A stretch of 64,000 nucleotides of DNA. Source: Bilabrum cf. latius. Its lineage: Eukaryota. The stretch spans positions 186,001 to 250,000 of the forward strand of contig OZ237738.1 of assembly GCA_965178125.1 (NCBI GenBank). Reading direction: 5' to 3'. The notes under the pieces are model-generated. The model saw only the letters and a program-made list of their open reading frames with translations. It ran no database searches and was not told the DNA's origin. The position numbers were made by a program, and so were the translations under genes. Numbering within the stretch: position 1 is the first letter of the stretch; each line of letters starts with the position of its first letter. Shown piece by piece: positions 38,301-49,730 of the stretch.

Positions 38301-38702
38301 CAGCATTGCCTCTCGTGGCTGCATGCCTGGCGGTTGGCCATGTCCGGTAATATGCAGAATCTTAGCCCCTTTAGCTAGAGCTTGGTGCAAGGTAGACTTT
38401 GTCGCGTTGCACACCAGCATTCGCACTCTTTCAAACGCCGAAAGCTATGCACTCCTTGAGATCGCGTCCCGCTCAAGATCGTGCCGAAGACGAGGCAAAG
38501 GCTGGTCTGAGCTACCGAATGACAATGGAGCAGCAACGAGGAAGGCTATGTCATATTCCCGTGGTACCTCTCCCGGCCCTGTTTCACTGGCCTAGTCTTT
38601 GGACGCCTTCTTTGCAGCCATTCCAGCCAGCATCTTCATGGCTTCTTCGATGCCACCCGCCATTTCTATGAATTTATTCATTTCATCCCCTTTGTCGGAC
38701 AT
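29313..38702 (-). CDS. Giant (about 3100 aa) CHAT (caspase-like) + STAND/NB-ARC-like P-loop NTPase + TPR-like protein; possible in-frame intron 31877-31791
   Basis: Thirteen track ORFs in one frame separated only by TAG (about 30). CHAT motifs IAFLVAAPL, ILHITGHG, LLLE, LAFVSCCHG, FVREMYELLF*GRTVREAF. NTPase LVGREKDL, Walker A GWPGSGKT, Walker B-like KVLLVLVD. TPR-like helices about 32470-32200. Ends TGA 29313-29315. Confidence 0.8.
30790..30945 (-). repeat. 30-nt tandem repeat, about 5 copies, encoding SRRDPSxSAP in the CHAT-STAND protein tail
   Basis: gggtctctgcgactgggggcaga.. recurs at exact 30-nt spacing (30811, 30841, 30871, 30901, 30931). Confidence 0.9.
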
Positions 38703-38806
38703 GTTCACACAATCAAATGTGCTGGGGGAGGCGGGACGCGCTGGTAGGCGGGGCGCTCCGAATCGACGTTCTCGACATGTGTTCGTTCGTTACAGTGCGG
38801 CGTCCA

Positions 38807-39322
38807 ATGGCCGCAGTAGCCTCGGACGAATGGAAATTGTCGTTTATATAGTCCTCGGGGGAAACTTTCAGCAAAGGGGGCACTCTACAGCTTAGCAAGG
38901 ACAGCTTTGCAGTGCAGCCACACGAAGGCAACGCATTCGAACTAGAGTACTCAAGCATTGTGATGGTAGCTACCAGTAGTGACCCAAGTCTTACGGAATC
39001 TGCATGTATTTACATGCAGTGCAACGGCTCGCTGGCGGCCACAAGGGCCGGTGATGCTACTGAGACCAACGAAGTCATTCTGCAGCCGTCCGAGCCCAGC
39101 ACTCTGGAGGAACTCTACAAGCGTCTGTCCGAAAGGGCTGAATCCCACGCGCCCGGAAGTGCTGATGAAAGTGAAGAAGGACAAAGTGCGGAACGCGGGG
39201 GATTGGGCGGCATTTTGTCTGTGATGGCAGAATTCGAGAAGCTCAAGGCTGAAGCTGAGACTGGCGATCCCGCGGCCGCTGCTGTTCCATCTACAGGCAG
39301 CGTTGAAGACGAAGAAGGCTAA
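38807..39322 (+). CDS. ICln/CLNS1A-like methylosome subunit (Voldacs domain), 171 aa
   Basis: MAAVASDEWKLSFI*SSGETFSKGGTLQL..FELEYSSIVMVATSSD..CIYMQC..EVILQPSEPSTLEELYKRLSE follows the ICln pattern with an acidic tail. One TAG; ends EDEEG-TAA. Confidence 0.7.
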
Positions 39323-39380
39323 TCGTACAATAGACCAAATCATTCCCTGCAGCCATTTCACCGAGTCGATTGCCGTCTCG

Positions 39381-41567
39381 TCAATCGAATAATCCGCCAC
39401 CGTCGTCCCCACCAATCCCGAGACCGAGAGGATCGTCGGCTTCCGAGGCGCCCGGGCTGCTGTCGGTGCCAGCGGTGCCTGGAAGAGGAGGCGGCCCAGC
39501 AGATGCTCCCTCCTAATCGCCTGAATCTCCGAACAAGTCCATGCTAGGCGGCACGGAACCGCCACCCCCGGCCTCCGTGGCTGGTGGCACCCCACTGGCA
39601 CTGGCATCCTCCGCGAACATATCCAAGGGGGGCGGGCCTGCACCCTCCCCATCCTCCCCATCACCCATCCCATCTCCGAATAGATCAGGCGGCACTTGGC
39701 CTGTTCCGTCGCCGTCGCCGTCCTCGCCCCCGTCTGCGCTGCCAAACAAGGGAGGTGGCTCAGAGCCCAAGCCCTCGTCGCCAAACAGGGAAGCTGGCTC
39801 GGGGGCCGGGACTGGAGCTGGAGCTGGCTCGGGGGCCGGAGCTGGAGCTGGAGCAGGAGCAGGAGCTGGCTCGGGGGCCGGAGCTGGAGCTGGAGCTGGA
39901 GCTGGCTCGGGGGCCGGAGCAGGAGCTGGCTCGGGGGCCGGGGCTGGAGCTGGAGCTGGCTCGGGGGCCGGAGCTGGAGCTGGAGCTGGCTCGGGGGCCG
40001 GGGCCGGAGCTGGAGCTGGCTCGGGGGCCGGAGCTGGAGCTGGCTCGGGGGCCGGAGCTGGAGCTGGAGCAGGAGCTGGAGCTGGCTCGGGGGCCGGAGC
40101 TGGAGCTGGCTCGGGGGCCGGGGCTGGAGCTGGAGCTGGCTCGGGGGCCGGAGCTGGAGCTGGAGCTGGCTCGGGGGCCGGAGCTGGAGCTGGAGCAGGA
40201 GCAGGAGCTGGCTCGGGGGCCGGAGCTGGAGCTGGAGCTGGAGCTGGCTCGGGGGCTTGGGCTTCCTCGCCCGACGCCTTCGACTTTGCTTTCCCCTTTC
40301 CCTTACCCTTTCCTTTGCCTTTCCCCTTGACTGCCCCGGTACGACCATGCTGCAAGATGGCTTTGTTTAGGCTGCCCACAAATCCCTGAGACATACCACT
40401 CGGCGCCACTGCTCCGCTAGCCCCTCCCCCTGCCCCTGCTCCTGCCCCTGCGCTAGCGCCTGACTTGGCAGCCGACCGCCCGCTGCGGCTGCTCACTGAA
40501 GCGGCCCCCGCAGCAGTCTGCGAGTGCAAATTCGCCACCCCCATCGACGTCTTGGTCATCTGCACGCCCGTGAGCTGGGTCAGCAGCGCCTGCTCGACCG
40601 CCTCCACCAGCCCGCCCATCGCTGCCAGGTGAGAAGGGCGCCCGCCCTCGGGGACCACGACCGTCTTGCGACCCTTCTTTGTTCCCTGGCACCCGATCCT
40701 GGCCTGTCCCAGCGCCTGCGATGTGCCCTGCGACTGCACCAGCACGGTGGAGGTGGCCGTGTAGGTCCACTTGCGACCACCTTCCGCCACCGCGGGCACC
40801 GCTTCCACCACGTTGCAGACATCCCAGGTGGCCTCGCCGTTTACACCGGCTCCTTCTTCCGAGACGCCCATAGCTGCAGCCGACGCCGAAGCTGCAGATC
40901 TGCTCGCTTTCTTGGAGACGAGCCACGCGGAGTTGAAGGCGTCCCCGTCGCCCTCCCAGAAATACACCGAGGTGACCCCGGCGCCGCCGTAGTACCTGTG
41001 AGGTGCATCGAAAGGAGTGATGCATGCAAATTACAGTGCTATACTCTGCAGGACGCGACGATCCCGAAGGTGGGTCTTCAATGGGACAGACCGGGCCCAC
41101 TCACAATCGACCATAGATGGCATACAGTTCGTTGGCTTCCAACTCCAGCGCCCGCAGCTTGCTGCCAGGTTTGTACGGTGGCTCTTCGCCGTCCTCAGTA
41201 GGAACTGGGGGGCAGTACTCGTTACTCCACGGGGATCTGCGACGAGCATTTGATCTAGGCAGCACAGGATCCTACCAGTTTCGCTATTGCTGGTATGAAT
41301 GGAACGGTGCAGTGCAGGATGGCTGTGTCGGTCTCACCTGTAACTATCTAGTTCTTGATTGTAGTTGCAGCCGATAAACTTCTTGTCTTTGGCTTTGTCC
41401 TCTACCACCGTGGGCGGCCTCGCAACATCGTCCAAGAGGTCATCTTCCAGATCAGGCACCGCTGCAGACAACTTCGCGACGTCGTCGCTGACATCCCATA
41501 GAGGCATCCGCTTCAGCAAAGACAGAGCAGCTGCGCGCCTTGCTTCATGCCCTCCAGCTGCAGCCAT
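39381..41567 (-). CDS. CAPZB: F-actin capping protein beta subunit with long C-terminal extension; exons 41567-41338, 41236-41105, 40995-39381
   Basis: Spliced ALSLLKRMP..DLEDDLL..CNYNQELDSYRSPWSNEY..LRALELEANELY..YYGGAGVTSVYFWE..HLAAMGGLVEAVE. One TAG (39513-39515) before the TGA at 39381-39383. Confidence 0.88.
39795..40255 (-). repeat. Pro-Ala(-Glu) coding minisatellite, (PAPAPE)-like units of 24-42 nt, in the CapZ-beta tail
   Basis: ggagct/ggctcgggggcc units repeated over about 460 nt. Confidence 0.92.
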
Positions 41568-41848
41568 CTTGCTTCGATTCAATTCAACGACTGGACACGA
41601 GGATCGTGGGGCCCTATAGACTCAATTCTAGCAGATTTTTACAGAGGACGTTTAATATAGTCCTAAATAATTTTTTCAATGCAGAAAAATTTCCAAATAG
41701 TCAAGCAGAAGCGCAGGATACTGCGAGCAAGTTAAGTCGCTTGCCTCCGCCTGAAGTGCACGCCACAATAATATGAAAATCACACTGGTGCCAGTGCGTC
41801 ATACCTTCATTCGCCAGATCTTCTGCAACCAAGGCGTGATTATTGGAT

Positions 41849-43226
41849 ATGTTGCGACGCGTAGGATCAGCACTTAGGCAAGTTTCGCTGGGTGCGCGAG
41901 TCTCCTCGAACGTGAGCATGTTCACCTTCTAGTGGCGTCGTTTTGCCAAGGCACCCTGGCTCCGAATCGCATATTCTCTCGCTGCCAATGCAAGACGATG
42001 TCGCGAGAGTATGCGCTGAGGCGACTTGTTGTATCTTGGGTTACAGTATCATAGCGTACCTCGATTTCTCTCGCAGCGCTCCGTAGCTATGAACTTTGCG
42101 CGGGCTGCCAGCGGATAGGCCACGTCTATGACTCTTCGCGACGCAATCAACACCGCGATTGATGAGGAAATGGAAAAAGATGATAAAGTGTTCATTATGG
42201 GTGAGAAGATCGCTTTGACGGTGCGACTTAGAGTTTAGCCTCCGGCCAGAGCATCCTCACCATTGCCCCGTCGCGAATCCGTATCCGCAAACGAACGCAG
42301 GTGAAGAGGTAGCGCAATATCAGGGAGCTTACAAGGTGACAAAGGGTCTCTGGCAGAAATGGGGCGATGATCGCGTGATTGACACGCCAATCACAGAAAT
42401 GGGCTTCGCCGGGATCGGGGTTGGAGCAGCCATGGGCGGCTTGAAGCCGATCGTGGAGTTCATGACTTTCAACTTTTCCATGCAAGCGATTGACTAGATT
42501 GTAAACTCTGCTGCGAAGCAGTTGTACATGAGTGCCGGCGACATCAACGTGCCAGTCGTGTTCCGAGGCCCCAACGGCCCGGCCGCGGGTGTGGCTGCCC
42601 AGCACTCCCAGTGCTTCGCCGCGTGGTATTCTAGCGTCCCGGGCCTGAAGGTGGTCGCGCCCTACTCGAGCGAGGATGCCCGCGGCCTGCTGAAGGCTGC
42701 CATCCGTGACCCGAACCCCGTGGTTGTGCTGGAGCACGAGCTCATGTACGGCGTGGAGATGGAGGTGAGCGCGGAGGCGCTGGACAAGGACTTCGTGATC
42801 CCCTTCGGGAAGGCCAAGATCGAGACGGAAGGCGCTGACGTTACCATCACCGCGTTCTCCCGAGCCGTCGGCAACGCCATCGAGGCAGCCAAGCAGCTGG
42901 AGGCCAAGGGGATCAGCGCCGAGGTGATCAACCTGCGGTCCATCCGCCCCTTGGACAGGGAGACCATCATCGAGAGCGTCAAGAAGACCACCAGGCTGGT
43001 CACCGTGGAGGAGGGCTGGCCCCAGTGCGGCATAGGCGCGGAGATCGCCGCGGTGGTGGCCGAGTCGGACGCCTTCGACTACCTGGACGCGCCCCCGGAG
43101 AGGGTCACTGGGGTGGACGTGCCCATGCCGTACGCCGCCAACCTCGAGAAGTCGGCCCTGCCTCAGGTGGAGAACATCGTGTCCGCGGCGGAGCGGGCTT
43201 GCTACAGGAGCAAGAAGGGGCAGTGA
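41849..43226 (+). CDS. PDHB: Pyruvate dehydrogenase E1 beta subunit, mitochondrial; exons 41849-41911, 42077-42200, 42301-43226
   Basis: Presequence [81 protein letters not shown] 42495-42497 in the conserved core; ends TGA. Confidence 0.97.
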
Positions 43227-43453
43227 GTCCACAGGGGGAGAGCGGGTGCACATAGCACATGGCGCTCGTGGATGCGTTGATTTGCCCGTCCGTGCGTCAT
43301 CGTGCCCCTTACCCTCTACCCTCTCGGCTCGGGGAGCTTTTTCATCGCAATGCCGGGATGGAGCTAGGTTGCAAAGTAGGCTTACAAATTTCTGCACGTG
43401 CAGCTGTCCGGACATCACCCCAACAAATTCTTCTTCAAGCACCACCAAAGTTC

Positions 43454-44668
43454 TCACCACTGGTCCCTGAGTTTCCTCATAGCACCCAGCACCACAACCG
43501 GATCCTCCCAGTCCCACCCGGCAGGCTCCCCCCTCTCGTCCCCTCGAAGCGTTCCAATGGCCTTCGCCCTCACCGCCTCTTTCACCCTTGTCTCCCTGCA
43601 CCGCAAGAATGGATTCACCTGCTTTTCCCTCCCGAGGGCCGACGGGACGGTGGGCAGCGGGACCGTCTGGTTCACTGCGTCCCCTTCCGAAGAGGTCTGC
43701 GCGAGCTCCGAGTTCTGGGCTCCCCCAGCGGGCGCTCGCAGCTCGCTGACCTCGTCCAGCCGCCGCTTCACCGCCTAGTTCCCCGGCTCCAGCCACGCCG
43801 CAAACCTTGCGTTCGTCAGGGTGTACTCGTGCCCGCAGCACAGCAGGACGGTGTCGGGAAGGGCAGCGATTCGATCGGCGTTCTTGAGCATGTCCTTGGC
43901 AGTGCCCTCAAAGAACCGGCCGCACCCCTGGCTGAAGAGAACGTCGCCTGCCAGCAGACAGCCGTGCCTCTGCACATCACGCACGATGATGGAGGGCATG
44001 GGGGCCCCTGAGCGGTGGTGCGGGCCGGTGGCAGACGGAACAGTGGCCGAGATGCCTTGCCCCAGGTCTAGTGTTGGGTCGGCTCGTGCAGTCCCGGCCT
44101 GCCCCGCGATCGGGTCGTCCAGAGAGCTATCCTGCTGCACGGCAGGGGGCAGATAGAATGCAACGTGACCGCGCGTGTGGCACGGCATCTCCCATACCTC
44201 CAGCTCCGCCCCCCCGACTCGAACAAAGTCACCCTCCTCAACTTGTCGCGTGCATCCTTCGACAGCCTCACCAAGGGGCCCGACTATTTCTTTGATTCCA
44301 AGCAGTTGCGAGACCTCATTGTTGCCTCCTGCGTGGTCCCAGTGTTTGTGCGTTGTCCAGAGCTGCGTAGTCTCGATGAAGCCCTCTTTGAGAAGCCCCT
44401 ATGCTACTTCGACCATAACCGATGGTTGCGCTGCATCAGTCATAGTAGCCTCTTGGTTCGCTTCATCGACTAAAACGAAAGAATAGTTGTCTTCTAGGAT
44501 CTAATACGCTTCCAGGCGCAAGCTTGGACACACCCGAGTGTTCGCGACGCCATGCCACGCGCTTTGCCTTGTGGCTGCCAGCTACCGCGCCCTTGGCCGT
44601 GTGGCGGCTGCCAGCTATCTTGGCAGAACTCGACTTCTAATAAACCGATTAAGACTCTAGCACCTCAT
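43454..44668 (-). CDS. gloB: Hydroxyacylglutathione hydrolase (glyoxalase II), likely mitochondrial, 404 aa
   Basis: LEDNYSF, THKHWDHAGGN, PCHTRGH, GDVLFSQGCGRFFEG, CGHEYT, PTVPSALGREKQVNPFLR. Arg-rich acid-free presequence MRC*SLNRFIRSRVLPR*LAAATRPRAR*LAATRQ. Six TAGs; ends TGA. Confidence 0.93.
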
Positions 44669-44824
44669 TTGAAGGCTGTTTCCATTCGAGTCTTCCTACA
44701 ATGGGCAATCAAATTTGCAGATCTTGTCACGATGTGTGTGACGACGAGTGGATTGCCACCCAGTCAACCACTGTTCGGCGACAGTTCCCGCGGACAGGAT
44801 GCCCTTGCTCCACCCACACCGGCA

Positions 44825-47800
44825 TCAAAGCCTGCCCTCGTATCGGTCCGATGCCCCGAAACGATACCTGGCGTCATGCCGCGCGTGCTCCCACCGCAGC
44901 TGGCGCGCACCAGCTGCACCACCACCCGACCTGCCCACAGCACCCCCCGGCCCTGCCGCCCCAAGGACGCCAGCTCCGCCTCGAGACCCCGGCCTAGACC
45001 CAGCCCCGCCCACTGCCAGTGACTGCACCAGAGGCCCACTGCCCCACTCCCTCGACCTCGCCACTGCCGCCCGCTGCCTCCTCATCCTCTGCATCAGCTG
45101 ACGGTGCGACAGCCCCCGCTGCACCGTGCTGCCCCCTCCGGGAAGGCTCAGCCCAGGACCGACCTCTGGCTCGGTCCCTGCCCTTTGCTCCTCCGAAATG
45201 AATCTTTTTCCCGTGGTGCTGCCAGGCGGCACCGGCCTCCGCGACCCAGACCCGGCGGGTCCCGCGTGCCCATCGACCGGACCCTAGGAGCGGTGGGAGG
45301 CGGCGCCAAGCCTTCTCACCATCACTGGGTCCTGGGCCCCCACCCCGAGCCCAAGCTAGCCCCTCCTACCTCGCTGCTCGGTCCCGGAGGAGAAATGCAA
45401 GTGCGACCCGGTGCTTGCACTGGCAGCCCCAGAGGCAGCCGCTGGATCAAGGGTCGCTTCGAACCGGCTCTGGCTGGAACCACCGAGGTACTCGGATGGA
45501 ACTCGGTGCCGCGACCCCCGGGGCCCGCTCGCCGTCGCGCTCCTCCTGCCCTCCTGCCAGCTGGATCTCCTGCGCAGTGGCACGTATGTCTCCCCGCGGG
45601 CCACGCGCGTGTCTGCTCCCCGCGCCGACAGGGGTGCAGCGGCCCCCGGCTCCTCTCGTCCCTGTCGCTGAAGCTGTCGCTCGCCGCGGCGCAAATGCAG
45701 CGGTACGTGATCCCCGGTTCCGGTGGGATGCAAGCGAGCGGCGCGAGCCCTAGCACGGCCCTGGAAGAGTGCACTGCCTTGCTGCGGCGCAGCGCTCGAC
45801 CCGCTCGAGCCTCCGTTCACGTACGCCAGCACCCTCGATTTTGGAGAGAGTGCGCCGTGGACGGGGGTGACCAGGGGAGGCACGATGGGGCTGCCGGGGG
45901 GCGGGTCGGCGCCAAAGGCCGCGCGGACGGATGCAGCGCTTCCTGCAGATGCGTGCCCCGCGATGGGAGGCGGGTGCGCTACCAGTGCCTCCGCCCGCCT
46001 AGCGCCCGCGAGGGCAGCATCAGTGGCCGAGGGCGCCAGCTCACCCAGACCGAGAGGGTTGTGCGTGCGGACCGCCTCGGGGTCCGCCATTCCAGTCTCA
46101 AGAGCTACGGGAGCACCGCTGGAGTCGGACGCTGCGTCGCCCGTGCTACCGCTGGACAGCTCTGAGGTTGACAACTGCGCGCCGCTGCCACCTCGGGTGT
46201 CCTGCATGGTTCCGCTGCCGCTACGCAGCCGCACGCGAGCTGCTGGACCCTGGCCGTGCTTTGCCCGTCCGCTGGGAGGCCTGCTGCTCGCATGCGATCC
46301 ACTCGACTCTGCGATGCCCCCGTGCGCCACGAGCTCATGCGTGGGGCTGTTGCTAGGCGTCTGCCACGCCACCATGCCCACCCCGCGGCGGGACACGCTG
46401 CCCGGACTAGAGTTTCGGCTGCCGGCCTGAGTGGACGGCGCACTCGTGCCGTGCGGGCGGTCCTCCGCATCGCTTCCTCTGCAATGCTCGCTCGACGCGC
46501 GCCCCCTGCGTCGCTTGCTTTCAGAGGACAGCAGCTTCCCGCGAGCAGCTGCCCGGCGTACGGCTTCGTCGGACCCGGCGATTCCGGTCGAGAATCCTTC
46601 TTTCTTTCCGGAGGAGCTGGTCTTGCGAGTCTTCTTGGAGGATGGTGACAACGCAGCGGCAGCCTGTTCCTGATCATGCTCGGCCTGCACCTGCACCAAG
46701 ATGGCCTCCTCGGGGGCACCCCGCGCCACGGCTGCCAGCGCCACGAGCAGCTCATCCGACAACGGGTCTGGCTCCTCGTCCGCCGCCCAACGCGCCTGCG
46801 CCAGCCCCTGCTTCCCCGGCGAGGAGGCCATGGCAAGGTCATTTGGGAGCGGGCTGGCGGTGCGGATAGGCCCGCCACCTGTGGTGGCTCGACCGGGAGG
46901 CGGGGTGCTGGGCGGCGAGGGCTCAAGTCGAATCGGACTGTCTCGCGAGGCATCGGCTGCCTCGTCCAGGACTTGGGCAGCAAGCGAAGGGGTGCCAACC
47001 ACGCTCGAAGCGCCCACCCCGCTGCATGCAACGGAGCCAGTCACACGATCGGTAGCGCCTTTGCCGCCGCCACCACCGCCATCTTCTTCTTCTTCTTCAT
47101 CTACCTCTCCCTCGTCCTCCCCTTGACTGTTCACCGTGGCATCGTCTTCTTCGCCTGCCTCGGCAGCATCAAGATCGTCCAGTCCAACGGCGGGCGAAGA
47201 TGCCCCTGCTTCACCACTGTCACATGCAAGCAGCGCAGAACTGTTAAATCCGTCGTCTGCGTCTCCACTGACCGGGCCACGGGATGTCGCGGCACCGTTT
47301 CCCGCACCGGACAGCTGCAGCAGCGCCCTGTCAACCGCTGCCATGGCCCGCTCGGCCGCCGCATCCAAGTCCATGGATCGGTACTCTGCCTCCTCTGCCT
47401 CCTTCATCTTGCGATCAGAGCCAGCGCTGGCCCTGTGGCCTTCGCCACTGGGCGAGCCTTGCGGAGAAGGCCGAGCGCGGGAAGCAACTAGGCCCTTGCT
47501 CAAATCGTCCGTGCCTTGGTACGCGCGACTGCTTCCAACCTCTGGAGACTCAGGGGAAGAACGGCGATGGAGATCCTCCCGGCTGCCCGATGCTGCCCCG
47601 CTCCTTCCATGGCTAGCACCAGCTGCATCGCTTCTCAAGTTGGATCTCGACGCAGACGGCTCAAGGCCTGAACGGCCAGGCGACCGCGGCAGCTGTCCTC
47701 GTCTCCGCTGGGCGCGGCGCAGTGCAGGCTTCCATCTCGACAGCCACAGCTCCAGCAACACGTTGAAGAAGCGCTGTTGCGCAAAATACTTGCTATAGGT

Positions 47801-49588
47801 CCCCTCTCTCGCCGTCCTCTGCGTGGGGTAGATCCTGTCAAAGTGCCCCCGCCGTGCGTGCTCGTCCTCCAAGTCGCATATGGCCGCGATCTCCTCCGGG
47901 AGCAAGTCACCCGGGCCCAAGTCATACAGCTGGTCAGCTGATCGGTGCCTGCGGCCCGATGTCATCAAGAGAGAGCTGGCAGATGTGGCCGCCTTGGAAC
48001 CTGGGCCCGCAGTACCAGTGGCAGATGCCGCTACAGCCTTGCGCTGCATACCCACGGCCTTCCACCGCTGCTGGCTCCACCGCTGCTCGGCTCGATGCAG
48101 CGCTACGGGGTCGTACGGCACAAATCCCACGAGGTGGAACGTATCGGTCAGCAGCGCGTTCTTAATCTTCTTGTCTAGTGGCGAGCTGGAGGACAGAGAG
48201 GGCGACACGTTCACCTCGATGAGGTAGGCCCGCAGCGTCCTGGTCACGAGCACGTCGAACCCGAACAGCTCGAAGCAAGGGGTGCCCGCAGACAGCTCGT
48301 CCGTGCGGTTCTGGAAGCAGCGCGTGCTCTAGGAAGCCACGTCATCCTCGCACGTGAGCAGCGTCTTGATCACGACGTCTTGGATGCGTCCCATGAGAGC
48401 GCGCGTGTCCACACCCTCGGAGTGCAGGTGCCGCAGGAGTGCACTAAGGCTCCACTTGCTCCCGGCTCCGTCGTTCTGAGCGTCCTGGTTCTTCTTGAAG
48501 TCCCCAGACTTCTTGTTGACGGAGTAGTTGGTCAGGTGAGCGAACCTGTCTTTGAGCGCACTCCCGCCCTTGGTGGAATACTCGCTGGTGGCGAACCGTA
48601 CCAGGCCCTGCAAAACAGTATCTAGCATCGGGCAAAGCTACACCAAGCTGAAGGAACGCTGGAGCATGCCACTATGGGTGGAGAACTACCGCCGCAAGGT
48701 ACGTGGCAAGCGAGCAATGCAGGGACAGACTGTCTCACCTCTCGGAACATGTACACCCTCAAGGGGTGAAAGGAAGTCACCAGAACGTACAGCCTCAGGT
48801 CGAACTTCCTCTTGTTGATGAGCAGCGGGTTAGCGATGTACCGCTGGGCCACGAGCTTGCTGTCGGGGCCCGGCAGCGCCTTCTTGACCCCGCCCATCGA
48901 GGCGCTGCACACGAGCCTGATCCCTCGCCCGCAGGATGATGAGGGCGGCTTCAGGATCCAGATGGATCTCGGGTCGCGCTCCATCTCGGCCTTGAGTTTC
49001 TCCCTCTCGCCAGGAAGAATGTAGGCCGGCGCGGAGATGGAGAGCTCCTGGCCGAACTTGCGGACCATCCTTCCGACCCCGCGAGCGAGCCTATCCTTCC
49101 TCCCTATGGCACCGGTACCAGGAAAATGGTTCACTTTCTAGTACGGGTTTAATCGCTGGTACTGCTCTGGCTTTAGCGGTTTCGTCCACAGGAGGCTCGG
49201 CCTGGGCCCTCCGGTCCGCGCAAAGCCAGCGCGAAGCAATGCATTCCGCACGGAATTATACTCGTGCACGCGCTCGATTTTGAATGTTGGTCTTTTTCTA
49301 GTGACTGCTGGGAGACGTAGCACCTTGCCAACTGCGACTCAGACGATAGTGAAGGGGATTCAGCGTGTTATTGCTACAGATCGTTCTCTGAACCACCAGA
49401 CTATCGTCCAGCTTACCTGTTCGCTTAATTCCCATCCATGCTGGATAATCTACGAGCACAGTGGGCTTTCTGTGCAGAAACTGTCCCACAACAACCTTGA
49501 CCTGGCGTGCAGGTCGCTCGGTCTTTTTTGCGAGCTATTTGGTTCGTGCAATCGGTTCGACGGATCCATCAGCAGACGCAGCAGACAT
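44825..49588 (-). CDS. Tubulin polyglutamylase TTLL4/5-like with long disordered C-terminus; exons 49588-49417, 49331-48739, 48607-44825
   Basis: Y*KVNHFPGTGAIGRKDRL, WILKPPSSSCGRGI, QRYIANPLLINKRKFDLRLYV, HLTNYSVNK, CFELFGFDVLV, LIEVNVSPSL. Five TAGs; ends TGA 44825-44827. Confidence 0.92.
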
Positions 49589-49730
49589 ACTTGCTCAAGC
49601 TCTTGTTGCTTTTAGTCAATCATCGCTCAGGAGGCCTTGGAAGTGCAAAATGGCGTCGCGTTGCAGTTGCGACCGCCGCCGCCAACGGCTCGTTGGGTGC
49701 GACCTCCAGCAATCCATTGCAAATATCGCA

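Noticed and set aside
39541-40389. Plus-strand GAGAGS silk-fibroin-like ORF
   Set aside because: Antisense reading of the PAPAPE repeat in CapZ-beta.
42495-49140. TAG as Leu, Tyr, Glu, pyrrolysine, or Trp via A-to-I editing
   Set aside because: Conserved columns (AID*I, Y*KVNHFP) and the polyQ context point to Gln; TAGs are too many and too scattered for a special-residue mechanism.
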